From the NCBI RefSeq assembly GCF_963921235.1, contig NC_086097.1, positions 16,244,001 to 16,308,000 of the forward strand: DNA of 64,000 bases. Direction: 5' to 3'. Shown here one piece after another: positions 25,671 through 38,589 of this stretch. The stretch is from Mobula hypostoma. Taxonomy: Eukaryota. Made by a program: the position numbers and the translations under genes. Numbering within the stretch: the stretch's first letter is position 1; the number at the start of each line of letters is the position of its first letter. The notes beneath the pieces were generated by a model. The model saw only the letters and a program-made list of their open reading frames with translations, did not search any database and was not told where the DNA came from.

Positions 25671-26275
25671 TAAGATGGCACTGGTGAATCACAGTGACTT
25701 CTGGCTGCTGGCTAACAAAACGAAATAACTAAATACTTGTTAATCACTCCATCCCTGGTAAATGATCACCACAAACGAAGTCTGTAACTTCCCTGTGGAC
25801 TTGGATGCAATATGATGTGACAAAACTGAGGCGAGGCCATGGTTCCATCACCGAGAACAAGGAAGACCCAAAGTTCGGCCAATTTAAGCGCCAGGATGAG
25901 TCAGAAAGGGGGTACAGACTGTATCAAGGTGGCAGGATCCAAACCCCAGAGTGTATCAAAGTGACTGGTTGCGATGATTGGACGATTTAAGCGATGGGCC
26001 AGGTTGAAAAGGTCAGGGTGTCAGGACTGGAGGCAAGGGTTGAGCTGGTTCAGTTCCATTCTGCGCTGAACTAAGGATCAATGGATAGACAATGTAGACT
26101 TCTGTTCGGAACGCTATATGCTTGCATTTAGTGTTTGCCTAGTTTTTCTCTCTCTGCACGTTCAGTGTCCGATGACATTCTATTTTTATGGGTTTTTGGG
26201 GGGTTTCTGTGTTTTGTGTCTGCCTGTTAGGAGGCAAATCAAGGTTGTATAATGTATACATACTGAACTTTGATC
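25671..26275 (+). mobile_element. Non-autonomous element with AAGATGGC head and Rex1-type tail
   Basis: Head shares CTGGTAAAYGATCA and GTCTGTAACTTCCCT with the minus copy ending at 40290; tail aatcaaggttgtataatgtatacatac..ctttga. Confidence 0.6.
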
Positions 26276-26694
26276 ATGTCGGAGATCGATCCAAAATTGA
26301 AGAGCAGCGCCCCTTGCTGGTTGGAACATGGATCAGCATAGCAGAGGAACAGGCCCTTCAGCCCACAATTTTCAAAGTTAAAAGTAAATTTATTATCAAG
26401 GTACATATACGACCCTGAGATTCTTTTCTTGCGGGCATTCATACTACAAGGAACGCAATGAATGAAGGACCACACCCAACAGGATGGACAACCACTGTGC
26501 AAAAAAGAAACAACAAACTGTGGAAATACAAATGAAATAAGACGACCACAAGACGAGGAGCAGTATCATCATGGCTGATTTATTATCCCTCTCAACCCCA
26601 TTCTCCTGCCTTCTTCCCGTAACCTTTAAACACCCTGACTAACCAATAACCTATCAATCTCTGCTTTAAGTATAATAATAAATAAATAAATAAG

Positions 26695-27272
26695 TGCAAC
26701 TCTCACTTCGGCTAGCGGCCTAACATAGGGATGATAGCCCCCCCCCCCAGCCCCAGCCCGGAAATCTCGTTTCGGTGGATGCTGCGCGATGTGTCCCCTG
26801 TTACAAATCAGTACTACGAAATAACAAACAGAAGACTATATGCAATTAAACGATTGAGCTTTGTAATTCTTAATTTGACTATATGGTTAGTAAAGAAAAC
26901 TAATAAAGAAAAAGGGCCCATTCTCATGAAACAGTCTAATGCGCAGGGTTGGAGCTCACTGATAAGGCCGTTCGTCCACCATTGACCTCCTCCGATCATC
27001 ACTGACATTCGGACCCTCGCTCCAACTCCACTCTGCCCAACGCCTACCAGTTCTCTCCATTTGCATCTCCTCTCCTCATCTCTCCCTGGCAAGAGAACCA
27101 CAAATTCCCGGCTCCCAGACACACAAGACAGAACATCCCGCTCATTGGCTAGCATGCCCCGTTATCTCTAGTCATAACCCAAACGCTGCTGCTACAGAGA
27201 AACCATTACCTCAGCAGTGGAACATTACAGAGAAGCCATTACATCAGCAGTGAAATCTTACAGCGTGCTACA
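26695..27272. mobile_element. Solo LTR (578 bp), probably Gypsy-type
   Basis: TG...CA termini (TGCAAC...GCTACA), 4-bp TSD TAAG (26691-26694, 27273-27276), internal 33-bp tandem duplication near 27193-27258; interrupts a Rex1-type tail. Confidence 0.75.
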
Positions 27273-27276
27273 TAAG

Positions 27277-28090
27277 CAATAAATATCAAGAACATGAGAT
27301 GAAGAGTTGTGGAAATGAGTTCAAGAGCCTGATTGTTGAGGGGTAATAAGACATACGAGCAGAATTAGGTCATTCAGCCCATCGAGTCAGCTCCACTATG
27401 TCCTATGGTAACTGGTCCTGAACCTAATTGTGCTGGTCTGGAGGCACCTGCACCTTCTTCCTGATGACAGCAGTGAGGAGAGAGCATGGCCTGTGTGGTG
27501 GGAGACCTTGATGATGGATGCTGCTTTCCTGTGACAGCCCTCTCTATGGATGTGCTCAATGGTGGGGAGGGCTTTACTACTACTTTTTGTAGGCTTTTGC
27601 GTACAAGGGTATCAATGTTTCCATACTAGGCTGTCATGCAGCCAGTCAATATACTGTCCATCACACATCTAAATAAGTTTGTCAAAGTTTTAGATAACAT
27701 GCTGAATCTTCGCAGACTTCCAAGAAAGTAGAGGCACTGCTATGCTTTCTTGCTAATAGTACTTATGAGCTGGACTGAGAACAGATCCACTTGAAATAAT
27801 AAAACTTTAAGTATTTAAAGTTGCTGACCCTGTCCACCTCTGATCTCCTGATGAGGACAGGCTCATGGATCTCCAGTTTCCTCCCTCTGAAGTCAACAAT
27901 CAGCCTCTTGGCTTTGCTGACATTGAGTGAGAGGTTCCTGTTGTGGCACCACTCAGCCAGATTTTTAATCTCCCTCCTATACACTAATTGTCACCACCTT
28001 TGATTCAGCCAACGAGAGTGGTGTCATCAGCAAAATTAAATATGGCATCAGAGTCGTGCTTAGCCTCACAGTCGTAAGTATAAAGCCAGA
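27277..28090 (-). mobile_element. Rex1/Babar LINE 3' fragment (tail continues at ~26370-26690)
   Basis: YRREIKNLAEWCHNRNLSLNVSKAKRLIVDFR..VDRVSNFKYL; upstream FADDTT (tttgctgatgacaccact on -). Confidence 0.8.
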
Positions 28091-28309
28091 AGAGGATGAT
28101 AAAATGGACGCTTGACCTTATAATCTATTTGTTATGTCTTTGCACCTTATTGTCTGTCTACACTGTACTAACCCCATATGTTTAGCACTTTATTCTGCAT
28201 TGTGTTGTTGTTTTCCCCCATATTACCTCAATGCACCGTTGTGATGTAATGATCTGTAAGGATGACATGCAAGACAAAGAATTTCATCGTTACTCAGCAC
28301 TAATGCTCG

Positions 28310-28970
28310 GCAGCTCCCCTACTTCCTTAGGAGTCTGCAGAAATTCAGCATAACATCTAAAACTTTCACAAACTTCTATAGATGTGTGGTGGAGAGTATA
28401 TTGACTGGCTGCATCACAGCCTGGTGTGGAAACACCAATGCCCTTGAATGGAAAATCCTACAAAAAGTAGTGGACATTGGTCAATCCACCATTGAGCACA
28501 TCTGCATGAAACTGCCACGGGAAAGCAGCATCCACCATCAGGGAGGCCCACCACCCAGGACTTGCTCTCTTCTCGCTACTGCCATCAGGAAGGTGGTACA
28601 GGAGCCTCACAACTCACACTGTCAGATTCAGGAGTGGTCATTACCCCTCAACCATCAGGCTCTTGAAACAAAAGGAAAAACTTCACTCAACTTCACATGC
28701 CCCAACATTGAAATGTTCTCACATATGTTCAAGGAATCTTCATCATGTTTTCAATCTTTATTGCTTACTTATTTATTTTTACTATTTCTTTCGTTTTGTA
28801 TTTTCAGTTTGTTGTGTTCTGCACTCTGGTTGAACGCCCTAATTGTGCGTGTTTTCATTGATTCTGTTATAGTTGTTATCCTATAGATTTATTGAGTATG
28901 CTCACAAGAAAATGAATCTCATGGTTGTATGTGGTGACATTCATGTATTTTGATAATAAATTTACTTTAA
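28310..28970 (+). mobile_element. Rex1/Babar LINE 3' fragment
   Basis: VESILTGCITAWCGN..LQKVV; 3' UTR ending gataataaatttacttt. Confidence 0.8.
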
Positions 28971-29589
28971 AAAGACAATAATAAACCAATTTAGCTATGG
29001 TTAATAAAATAGTAAATGAGACAGTACTTATCAACCAATCACTAAACGCCTCCATCATCACCCCCACAGTGCTTTCCAGACATTCAACATTCTACATCAG
29101 AGAACCTTAAATGCATGTTTTCTAATATTTAGACATTTTAACCCTGGGATAAGGATATAATTACTATCCATGTCTCTAACAATCTTATCAAGTCTCCCTC
29201 CTCTTCTGCAACTGTGGAGAAAACACCCTGAGTTTGTTCAACCTCTCCTCATAGCACACACTCTCTAATCCAGGCAGCATCTTCGTAAACCTCTCCAAAA
29301 CCTCAACACATTTGGTTGGGTTGAGTTGTTCTCCAATCTTGGCAACTTACTTGCAACAGTATATCAACAGTATATAATGGGGTGGTCAGAATGGAGTGCA
29401 ATACTTCAGATGCAGCCTAGTCATAGTTTTGTAAAGACATAAAGTAACTTCATGATTCTTGAACTCAGTAATTGACTAATAAAAGCAAACAGTTTGTAAT
29501 GAAAATATTTTAAAATTTGAAACTTGTTCTTTTTTTGATTCAGATGTGTCCATAAACAAAGGAGCCACTGTACGCTTATTAAAGGTTAC

Positions 29590-30756
29590 AAGGCGGTTAG
29601 TGGCGGGAGGAGAAGATGGCAGCGCGATGCAGCGCGCACAGCTCTCCGGTGAAATTATATCGTATCTGTTAAATAGGGGCTGTGGACAATTCTGATTTGA
29701 TGGAGACAGACGTGAAAGCACAGAGGAACATCTGGAGAAATTTCTGAAATAGAAAACATAGAAACATAGAAAATAGGTGCAGGAGTAGGCCATTCGGCCC
29801 TTCGAGCCTGCACCACCATTTATTATGATCATGGCTGATCATCCAACTCAGAACCCCGCCCCAGCCTTCCCTCCATACCCCCTGACCCCCGTAGCCACAA
29901 GGGCCATATCTAACTCCCTCTTAAATATAGCCAACGAACCGGCCTCAACAGTTTCCTGTGGCAGAGAATTCCACAGATTCACCACTCTGTGTGAAGAAGT
30001 TTTTCCTAATCTCGGTCCTAAAAGGCTTCCCCTCTATCCTCAAACGGTGGCCCCTCGTTCTGGACTTCCCCAACATCAGGAACAATCTTCCTGCATCTAG
30101 CCTGTCCAATCCCTTTAGGATCTTATACGTTTCAATCAGATCCCCCCTCAATCTTCTAAATTTCAACGAGTACAAGCCCAGTTCATCCAGTCTTTCTTCA
30201 TATGAAAGTCCTGTCATCCCAGGAATCAATCTGGTGAACCTTCTTTGTACTCCCTCTATGGCAAAGATGTCATAGAAATGCCCGGTTCGCTGCCGCTGCT
30301 ACTGTGCGATCGAGAATCTTCCAGAGGGAAGGCTCCAAAATCCCCTGTTTTGCCTGCTGCTGGCGACCGAGGCTGAGGTCGAAGCGTTCGGATAGAGATG
30401 ATGCTCGGTACTCGGTGTCGGAGGGCTGATCAGAGCTCGAAGTTTTCGGACGACTCAGAGTCAGACTGTGGTTGGGCATGGCAGGGAGAGTTTTTTTCCC
30501 TCTCCCGTCTGTGTGAGATGTGGGACTTTCAAGAGACTTTGAACTTTTTCCTGAGCAATGGCCTGTTCTTCATCAAGTTATGGTATTGTTCCACTGTTGT
30601 AACTATATGTTATAATTATGTGTTTTTTGTTAGTTTTTCAGTCCTGGTCTGTCCTGTGTTTCTGTGATATCACACCGGAGGAATATTGTATCATTTCTTA
30701 ATGCATGCATTACTAAATGACAATAAAAGAGGACTGCGTGTCCTCATAATCTAATA
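29590..30756 (+). mobile_element. CpG-rich non-autonomous retroelement interrupted by a young CR1 3' fragment (29751-30272, minus)
   Basis: Head GAGAAGATGGCAGCGCG, tail gacaataaaagaggactgcgtgtcctcataatctaat; the CR1 insert has a (CTATGTTT)n tail and possible GAAAT duplication (29746-29750/30275-30279). Confidence 0.65.
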
Positions 30757-31721
30757 AGAAAATACATCAGTTATATGAAAAGTAAACTATAGTAAGAAAA
30801 ATGCTTAGTAAACTAGAAGAGGCAAAATAATACTCATCAACCAATTACTAAACCACTCGACACAATATACAGCTGCAGGGAACCACAATTGTCTGACAGC
30901 TTTTCCAATCTCACTCTCTCCCCACTCCTTTCAACGTCCTTGTCTCTATTTCCAGCCCTTAGCATTAGTCCCGATCCAGCCTAACAGGAGATTCCCATTT
31001 GCACAAAAGGCTGTTTCTTTTATACCCTTCAAGACCCCTTACTCTAACATTTTCCCAGACAAACATTTTTCACCATCACCTACTCTCAAGACTGTAGACT
31101 CGTACTCACACTAAATTCTCAAAACATTGATGTGGCCTGGTTCCCTTGTTCTTTCTCAAAACATTCCCACTTTAGAGACCAACACCATTTTGTATTACAA
31201 ACTTCCATTTTGTTTTGCGCATTTTAGCATGCCTAGTTTGACTCTTTCCTTTCACCTACCCTATCAAGTTGTGCAGCCACCTACGGGGAGCTATGAAGTT
31301 GGACCTTCAGTAGTGTTATTCTTACTTTCCTTCTTCAACAATGGAAGGACATTAGTTGAGGCTAGAGAGGACACTAACTTCTTCGTCAAGACTCTAGCAA
31401 TCTCATTCTTGCCTTTTGCATCGTCTCTGGTTCAAATCCTGGACCCCCCTCCCCAATAGAACCATGGCAGTACTTTCATCAGAAGACGGCAGCACTTCAA
31501 GGAGATGGCTCACCACCAGCTTCTCAGTATTGATTAGGGATGGGAAATGATTTCTAACCTCACCAATGATGCCCAGGTGCTAAAAGTAAATTAAATCAAT
31601 GATTTCAATAAGTTATTTGGATTTGGATAGAGGCATACAAGAAATACAAAACTTCAGGAGGTCAAAGTAAAATGGTGACAGATGTAACTGACCAAAGGAA
31701 AAACACAAAAGGATTTTGTGA

Positions 31722-31994
31722 GGCACAATCGTGTAGTGGTTAGCACAACACTTTACAGTACCAATGACCCGGGTTCAATTGCCGCTGCTGTCTGTAAGGA
31801 GTTTGTACGTTCTCCCTGTGACCATGTGGGTTTCCTCCAGGTGCTCCGGTTTCCTCCCACAGTCCAAAGACATACAGGTTGGTAGGTTAATTGGTCATTG
31901 TAAATTGTCCCGTGATTAGGCTAGGATTCAATCGGGAGATTGCTGGGTAGTGCGGTTCAAAGGGTCAGAAGGACTGTATCTCAATAAAATAAAT
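31722..31994 (+). mobile_element. Full-length tRNA-derived V-SINE (HE1-like)
   Basis: A box gtgtagtggttagc, B box gggttcaattgcc, V domain gtttgtacgttctccctgtgaccatgtgggtttcctccaggtgctccggtttcctcccaca, AT-rich tail. Confidence 0.85.
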
Positions 31995-32359
31995 TGATTA
32001 ACGGTACATATTTTTGAAAAGGCATAGAAAGGCGTTGATGATCAGAGACTAAGGATTTCAAATACAAAATTGCCTGTAAGTTAATTCAGCAATAAATCAA
32101 CACATGTTGAATTTCAAAAAAGGGTTTCAAAAAAAAATCATACAAGAATAATAATTATTGATACATTCAGATACAACTGTGAGTAACGTCTTGTTTAGGA
32201 TGATTTATACCACTACAAGTAGATATTCACTGTCCAGAGCCGGGAGGGTGGGGGGAGGCTTTCTTTTTGCCGAGCTTAACTTTCTAAACACAGCAGAGAT
32301 TAAGGGGTTGATTTTGAGTAAGATAAACTTCCACCCAATATTCTTTATACAGCTTCTTG

Positions 32360-34235
32360 TCATAAAGAGAGCATATAACGGAGCAAAAATTAGTGGGAAG
32401 TTAGAGGATTGGAAAGCTTTTTTAAAAAATCAACAGAAGGCAACTAAAAAAGCCATTAAAGTAAAAATGGAATACAAAAGTAAGCTAGCCAATAATATTA
32501 AAGAAGATACCAAAAGTTTCTTCAGATACAGAGTGTAAAAGAGAAGCGAGAGTCGATATTGGATCACTGGAAAATGATGCTGGAGAAGTAGTAATGGGGG
32601 ACAACAAAATGACAGATCAACTGGATAGCATTTTGCAACAGTCTTCACTGTGGAAGACACTAGCAGCATGGTGGAAGTTCCAGGTGTCAGAGTTCATGAA
32701 GTATATGAAGTTACCACAACTAGAGAGGAAGTTCTTGGGAAATTAGAATACCTGAAGATGGATAAATCACCTGGTCCAGTTGGCATACACCTCAGAGTTC
32801 TGAAAGAGGTGGCTGAAGAGATTGTGGAGGCTTTAGTAATGATCTTTCAAAAATCACTAGATTCTGGAATTGCTCCAGAAGACTAGAAAATTGCAAATAC
32901 CACTCCAAGAAGGGAGAGAGGCAGAAGAAAGGAAACTATAGGCCAGTAGGTCTGATCTCGGTGGTTGGGAAGATGTTGGAGTCAGTTATTAAGGATGCGG
33001 ACTCAGGGTACTGGGAGGCACATGATAAAATAGGCCATAGTCCACGTGGTTTCCTCAAGGGAAAATCTTGCCTGACAAATCTGTTGGAAATTTTTGAAGA
33101 AATAACAAGCAGGGTAGACAAAGGAGATTTGGTTGATGTTGTGTACTTGGATTTTCAGAAGGCCTTTGACAAGGTGCCACACATGAGGCTGCTTAACAAG
33201 CTACGAGCCCATGGTATTACAAGAAAGATTCTAGCATGGATGAAGCAGTGGCTGATTGGCAGGAGGCGAAGAGTGGGAATAAAGGGAACCTTTTCCTGCT
33301 GGCTGCTGGTGAATAGTGGTGTTCCACAGGGACCTATGTTGGGTCTGATTCTTTTTACATTATATGTCAATGATTTGGATGATGGAATTGACAGCTTTGT
33401 TGCAAAGTTTGCAGACGGTATGAAGATAGATGGAAGGACAGGTAGTTTTGAGGAAGTAGAGAGGCCACAGAAGGACTTAGACAAATTAGGAGAATGGGCA
33501 AAAGAAATGGCAGATGGAATACAGTGTTGGAAAGTGTATGGTCATGTACTTTGGTAGAAGAAATAAAAGCGTAAACTATTTTGTAAATGGAAATTCAAAA
33601 AATGGAGGTGCAAAGGGACTTCACAGTTCTCGTACAGGATTCCCTAAAGGTTAATTTGCAGGTTGAGTCTGTGGTGAGGAATGCAAATGCAATGTTAGCA
33701 TTCATTTCAAGAGGACTAGAATATTCAAGCAAGGATATAATGTTGAGACTTTATAAAGCACTAGCCTCACTTGGAGTATTGAGAGCAGATTTGGGCCCCA
33801 TATCTTAGAAAGGATGTGCTGAAACTGCAGAAGGTTCAAAGGAGGTTCATGAAAATGATTCCAGGATTGAATGGCTTGTCATATGAAGAGTGTTTGATGG
33901 CTCTGGGCCTGTATTTACTGGAATTCAGAAGAATGGTGGGAGAGTCTAAGACCAGAGGGACAACTTTTTAGAACAGAGCTAAGGAGGAATTTCTTTAGCC
34001 AAAGGGTGGTCAATCTGTGGAATTCTTTGCCACAGGCAGCTGTGGAGGCCACGTCTTCATGTATATTTAAGGCAGAAGATGATAGATCGATTGGTCTGGC
34101 CATGAAGGGTTGTGGGGAGAAGGCAGGAGATTGAAGGTGAGAGGGAAATGGATTAGCCATGATGAAATGGCAGAGCAGAGCTGATGGGCCAAATGGTCCA
34201 ATTCTGCTCCTATATCTTATGGCTATGGTCTTATG
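32360..34235 (+). mobile_element. CR1 LINE ORF2 3' portion (RT) with 3' UTR
   Basis: GKSCLTNLLE..DVVYLDFQKAFDKVPH..SGVPQG..KFADG; tail tcttatggctatggtcttatgg. Confidence 0.9.
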
Positions 34236-35153
34236 GAGGCTTCAGTTTTTAACATAAATGTCAAGCAATCAGTTTGAAGTTAAAAGGACAGCTTTATAAA
34301 CAAACACACTTTCTGTAGAACACAGGGTGCTGGTTCTCAGCACCTGGACTGACTTCTCAAGAGTTTTAGTGTAAAACTAGGGGATTATGCAATTGGGCTT
34401 GTTTCATACCAGACAATGTGGCTAAATTATTTAGTTCAAGGAGGTCAGATTGATAGTATCACCTAGCACATTAAAATAGCTGATCTGTTAATAGCTGGAA
34501 GGTTCTCATGCTTAAAGAGAACCTTCTTTAATGTGCTTTAGTAATCCACAGCATTATTTGTGGGAATCAGGAATTGTGTCTGAAAAAGCTTTTAGACCAT
34601 TTGTGTAAAAAAAAAGCAGTTTAAATGTGGAGAGCAGTCACTCACATTAGGAATGGTTAAGTGACATCAAGAATAACCCAAACATGGGATGAAGTAGAGT
34701 CACAGAAAAGTAAAACAGAGAAATGGGCCCTTCGGCCCATCTAGTTCATGCTGAAACTATTTAAATTGCCTACTCCCGTCAGCCTGCACTGGGGCCATAG
34801 CCCTCCGTACCCCTCCCATCCATGTACCTATCCAAACTTCTCTTAAACATTGAAATCGAGCTCACATGCACCACTTGGGCTGGCACCTTGTTCCACACAA
34901 GTAGAACCCATTCCTCTGCCTTCAATTTCTGCATCAGTTGTCTGTCTTTTTAGCTTGTAGGAATTGTATCTGTGTTTTAAATCACATTGGGTTTTAGAAA
35001 TCACTTGTAATTTTGGAAATCTTTTATGATAGAAATCCCCAGAGTTTTAAATGTTTTTAGGAATGTTATCTAAATTTAAATGTGTATCACTTAAAGTAAA
35101 TGAACAACGTTTAATCTACTTTCCTAGCTGGAAGTACCTTCTCCTTGTGGGGA

Positions 35154-35458
35154 GGGAAGGGGAAGGGGAAGGGGAAGGGGAAGGGGAAGGGGAAGGGGAA
35201 GGGGAAGGGGAAGGGGAAGGGGAAGGGGAAGGGGAAGGGGAAGGGGAAGGGGAAGGGGAAGGGGAAGGGGAAGGGGAAGGGGAAGGGGAAGGGGAAGGGG
35301 AAGGGGAAGGGGAAGGGGAAGGGGAAGGGGAAGGGGAAGGGGAAGGGGAAGGGGAAGGGGAAGGGGAAGGGGAAGGGGAAGGGGAAGGGGAAGGGGAAGG
35401 GGAAGGGGAAGGGGAAGGGGAAGGGGAAGGGGAAGGGGAAGGGGAAGGGGAAGGGGAA
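35154..35458. repeat. (GGGGAA)n pure purine microsatellite, ~51 units
   Basis: Uninterrupted 6-bp period over 305 bp. Confidence 0.98.
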
Positions 35459-35964
35459 AACCCACCACTAAAATCGTGGGTAATGACAGCTAAACTCGCC
35501 ATGGAGAATAAACAGGGAAGTGAACCGATAGTTACAGTATTGCTCCCTTTAGTAAGGGTACCTGTAGCTACCTATATGGTATAGGGTTTAAAGTCTTTGT
35601 TTGAGTTTAGAACTTTGTGGTCAGCAAACCCAATACCATTACAGTTAAAGCTATTGCATTGTTGACCAGGAATGATGAAAGGGTGCTAGACATAAAAATG
35701 AGAAAATTTGAGAGGAACTGGGTCCATCTCCTATTGAATGGAAATGGAACAGAACACAAAGTTATGATATGAAAGGCTACTTCCTCCAATTTGGTTGTCA
35801 ATGATAAGGCAAGCAGTTTTTGACAAATGTCTTTAAGCAGGGCATCATTGAAGCTTGGAGCAAGACAGTGAAAGATCAATGGGCCATTATTTGGAGGTCT
35901 TGAGCACTACTCCAGAAATGAACTCAAATCCCAAAATAGCAGAGGAAATTTTGCATTTATATGA

Positions 35965-36870
35965 AGTTGTGTGTCATATCAAAGGTGGCAATGAATCAGC
36001 ATACAGGAGAGAAAATGAAAATTTGCCTGAGAGGTGTCATAATGATAACTTCTCACTCAATGTCAAGGAACTTATTGTGGATTTCAGAAGGAAAGCAGAG
36101 GTCCATGAGCCAATCCTCACTGGAGGATCAGAGAGGGAAGAGGGTCAGTAGCTTTAAATTCCTGGGTGTCACTATCTCAGAGGATCTGTCCTGGACCCAT
36201 CATATAAATGTACTTGCAAAGAAACTACAACCACGTTCCTTTGGAGTCTGCAGAGATTTGGCATGACATCTAACACTTCGACAAACTTCTAGAGATGTGT
36301 AGTGGAACATGTATTGACTGGCTGCATTGTGGCCTGCAATAGAAACACCAATGCCTTTGCATAGAAAATCCTATGAAAGGTAATGGACTCGGCCCAGTAC
36401 ATCACGGGTTAAACCCTCACAGCCGTTGAGCACATCTACATGAAACACTATCATAGGAAAGCAACTTCCATCATCAGAGATCCTCACCACCCCAGGCCAT
36501 GCTCTTTTCTCACTGCTGTCATCAGGTAGAAGGTACAAGAGCCTCAAGACTCACACCACCACGTTCAAGAACAGTTACTACCCCTCAGTCATCAGGCTCT
36601 TAAACAAAAGAGGATAACTGCAACCATCTATTCAGATGTTTCCACAACCAATGATCTCTCTAAGGAATCTTTATCTTGTTATTTCACGTTCTCGTTATTT
36701 ATTGCTATTTATTTATATTTGCATTTGCACAGTTTGTTGTCTCTGTGCTCTACTTCTTCTTTCATTGATCCTGTTACTGTTCTATAGACTTGCTGAGTAT
36801 GCCCACAGGAAAAAAAATCTTAGTTGTACGCGATAACATACATGTACTCTGATAATAAATGCACTTTAAC
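35965..36870 (+). mobile_element. Rex1/Babar LINE 3' fragment
   Basis: ESAYRRENENL..SLNVKELIVDFR..FKFLGVTISEDLSWTHH; same 3' UTR as 28310-28970. Confidence 0.8.
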
Positions 36871-38589
36871 AAAATCTGTAATAAAAAATTAATGTCAGAA
36901 ATGATGACCATGAAACTAACAGACTGTAATAAAATACCGATCCAGATTACCAGTACCATCCAAAGAAGGATGCTTGCCACTCTTAGCTGGTCTGACCTGC
37001 ATGTGTCTCCACTCACCCCAAGAAGATTCCTCAGTGATTCCAGAAAATAGTGTTGCAAGACCATTAGTCCATTCTGCTAGTTCCCTATCCAAAGCAAGAG
37101 AAAATAAAACTCAAATCCAAGTAAAGACAAAATCTAATTTGCCCTGATGAATTCAGGAGGAGATTTTAGTACATCTTTGATTCTTTAGTTTTAGTAAGAA
37201 TGTATTTTGATGATTAAATGTAACTTTTCGTATGAACACAAGCAAAAATACACAGGCCTACTTGGAACAAGTTTATGACATTGATATGGAATACAGCTCA
37301 GAAACAGGCCCTATTTGGCCCGACTCATCCATACTGACCAAGATTCCAACCTGAGCTTGTCACATTTGCCCACGTTTTACCCATACCTTTCAAAACCTGT
37401 TCTATCCAGATACCTACCCAAGTGTCTTTTACATTTTGTTATTGTACCTGCCTCAATTACTTCCACTGGCTTCCTCATTCCAGGTACACACCACTCTCTG
37501 CACGAAGAAGTTGACCCTTACACAACAAGGGGAATTGGTGGAATTTTATGAATCTGTTAAAACTCTGTTTACTCTGTTCTCTTTTTTTCCCCTTTACTGT
37601 ACACCACATTTGGGAGATTACGCCTTGAGTTGTATGCTTGGAATGAGTTTTGATACCACATCTCACCCCAAATTAAAAATGGGAAACAATTATTTTTTTC
37701 TTGTCTGAAATTGAACCCAAGGCTGCAGGGATGAAAAAGATAATGTCTGCAAAAACCCATTATACCATGCTTGCAAATCAGGCTCCTTCAGTCTGCTTGC
37801 TTGGCATGGATCCACATCAGCAGCTAAGATAAAGGGTCGTTGTCCACTGAATTATGGAAGTGAGGCCTTTATCTTGTGTGCTTTGGGTGGACACTCAGCT
37901 GGATGAGAGATAAAAGGCCAGAGTTCACCTCGTTACAACAAAATTAAATTTTGCATAACACGAGGGTTCAGAGTTAACACCAAACAATTTCATCGTCATT
38001 GTTGTATGTATTCCATTTGGCAGGAACAAAACCAGATACTTCCTACAGAAGTGCACATGAAAACAATCCCTGGGTTGATTCTTTATTTAAAAAGGTTATG
38101 GCTTATGCAATATTCCATCTTGGTGCCAATTTTTGAAAGAACACAGATGTGTAAATCAATAAATTAGTATCAAAAACACCTTAAGCTGCTATGACCATAT
38201 TAATTACCATCCCCCGAGCTAATGGAACCTGAAGAGGTGCAATTGAAAAAGCTAAAACAACATATTGTTCATACCACATGTCCATATAAGAGCTACTTCT
38301 ATTCTCATGCAAATGGGGCATTCATCTCTATATTGGGCCTAATGAATAGCGACCCTTTCTTTATTTGCCAGCTCATTGTGTGCATGGAGCCGTTTGGACT
38401 CCAGTGACAAAAGGATTCATTTGAATATATCGAATCATTTTTTTTAAAAAATGTACGCAGATGATTGAGTTCACCTCACAGCTGTGTACACTTGAGATGT
38501 TTTGGGAAGGGTTAAGGAGGAAAACTTCATTCTTGGGATGGCAGTGTACTGACTGTCTTCGTTGATGTATTTCATTAACACATGGGAGA

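Noticed and set aside
31722..31800. tRNA gene
   Set aside because: A/B boxes run directly into a V-SINE body; no full cloverleaf.
35051..35584. ORFs encoding poly-GE, GK, PS and LP
   Set aside because: Stop-free translations of the (GGGGAA)n microsatellite.
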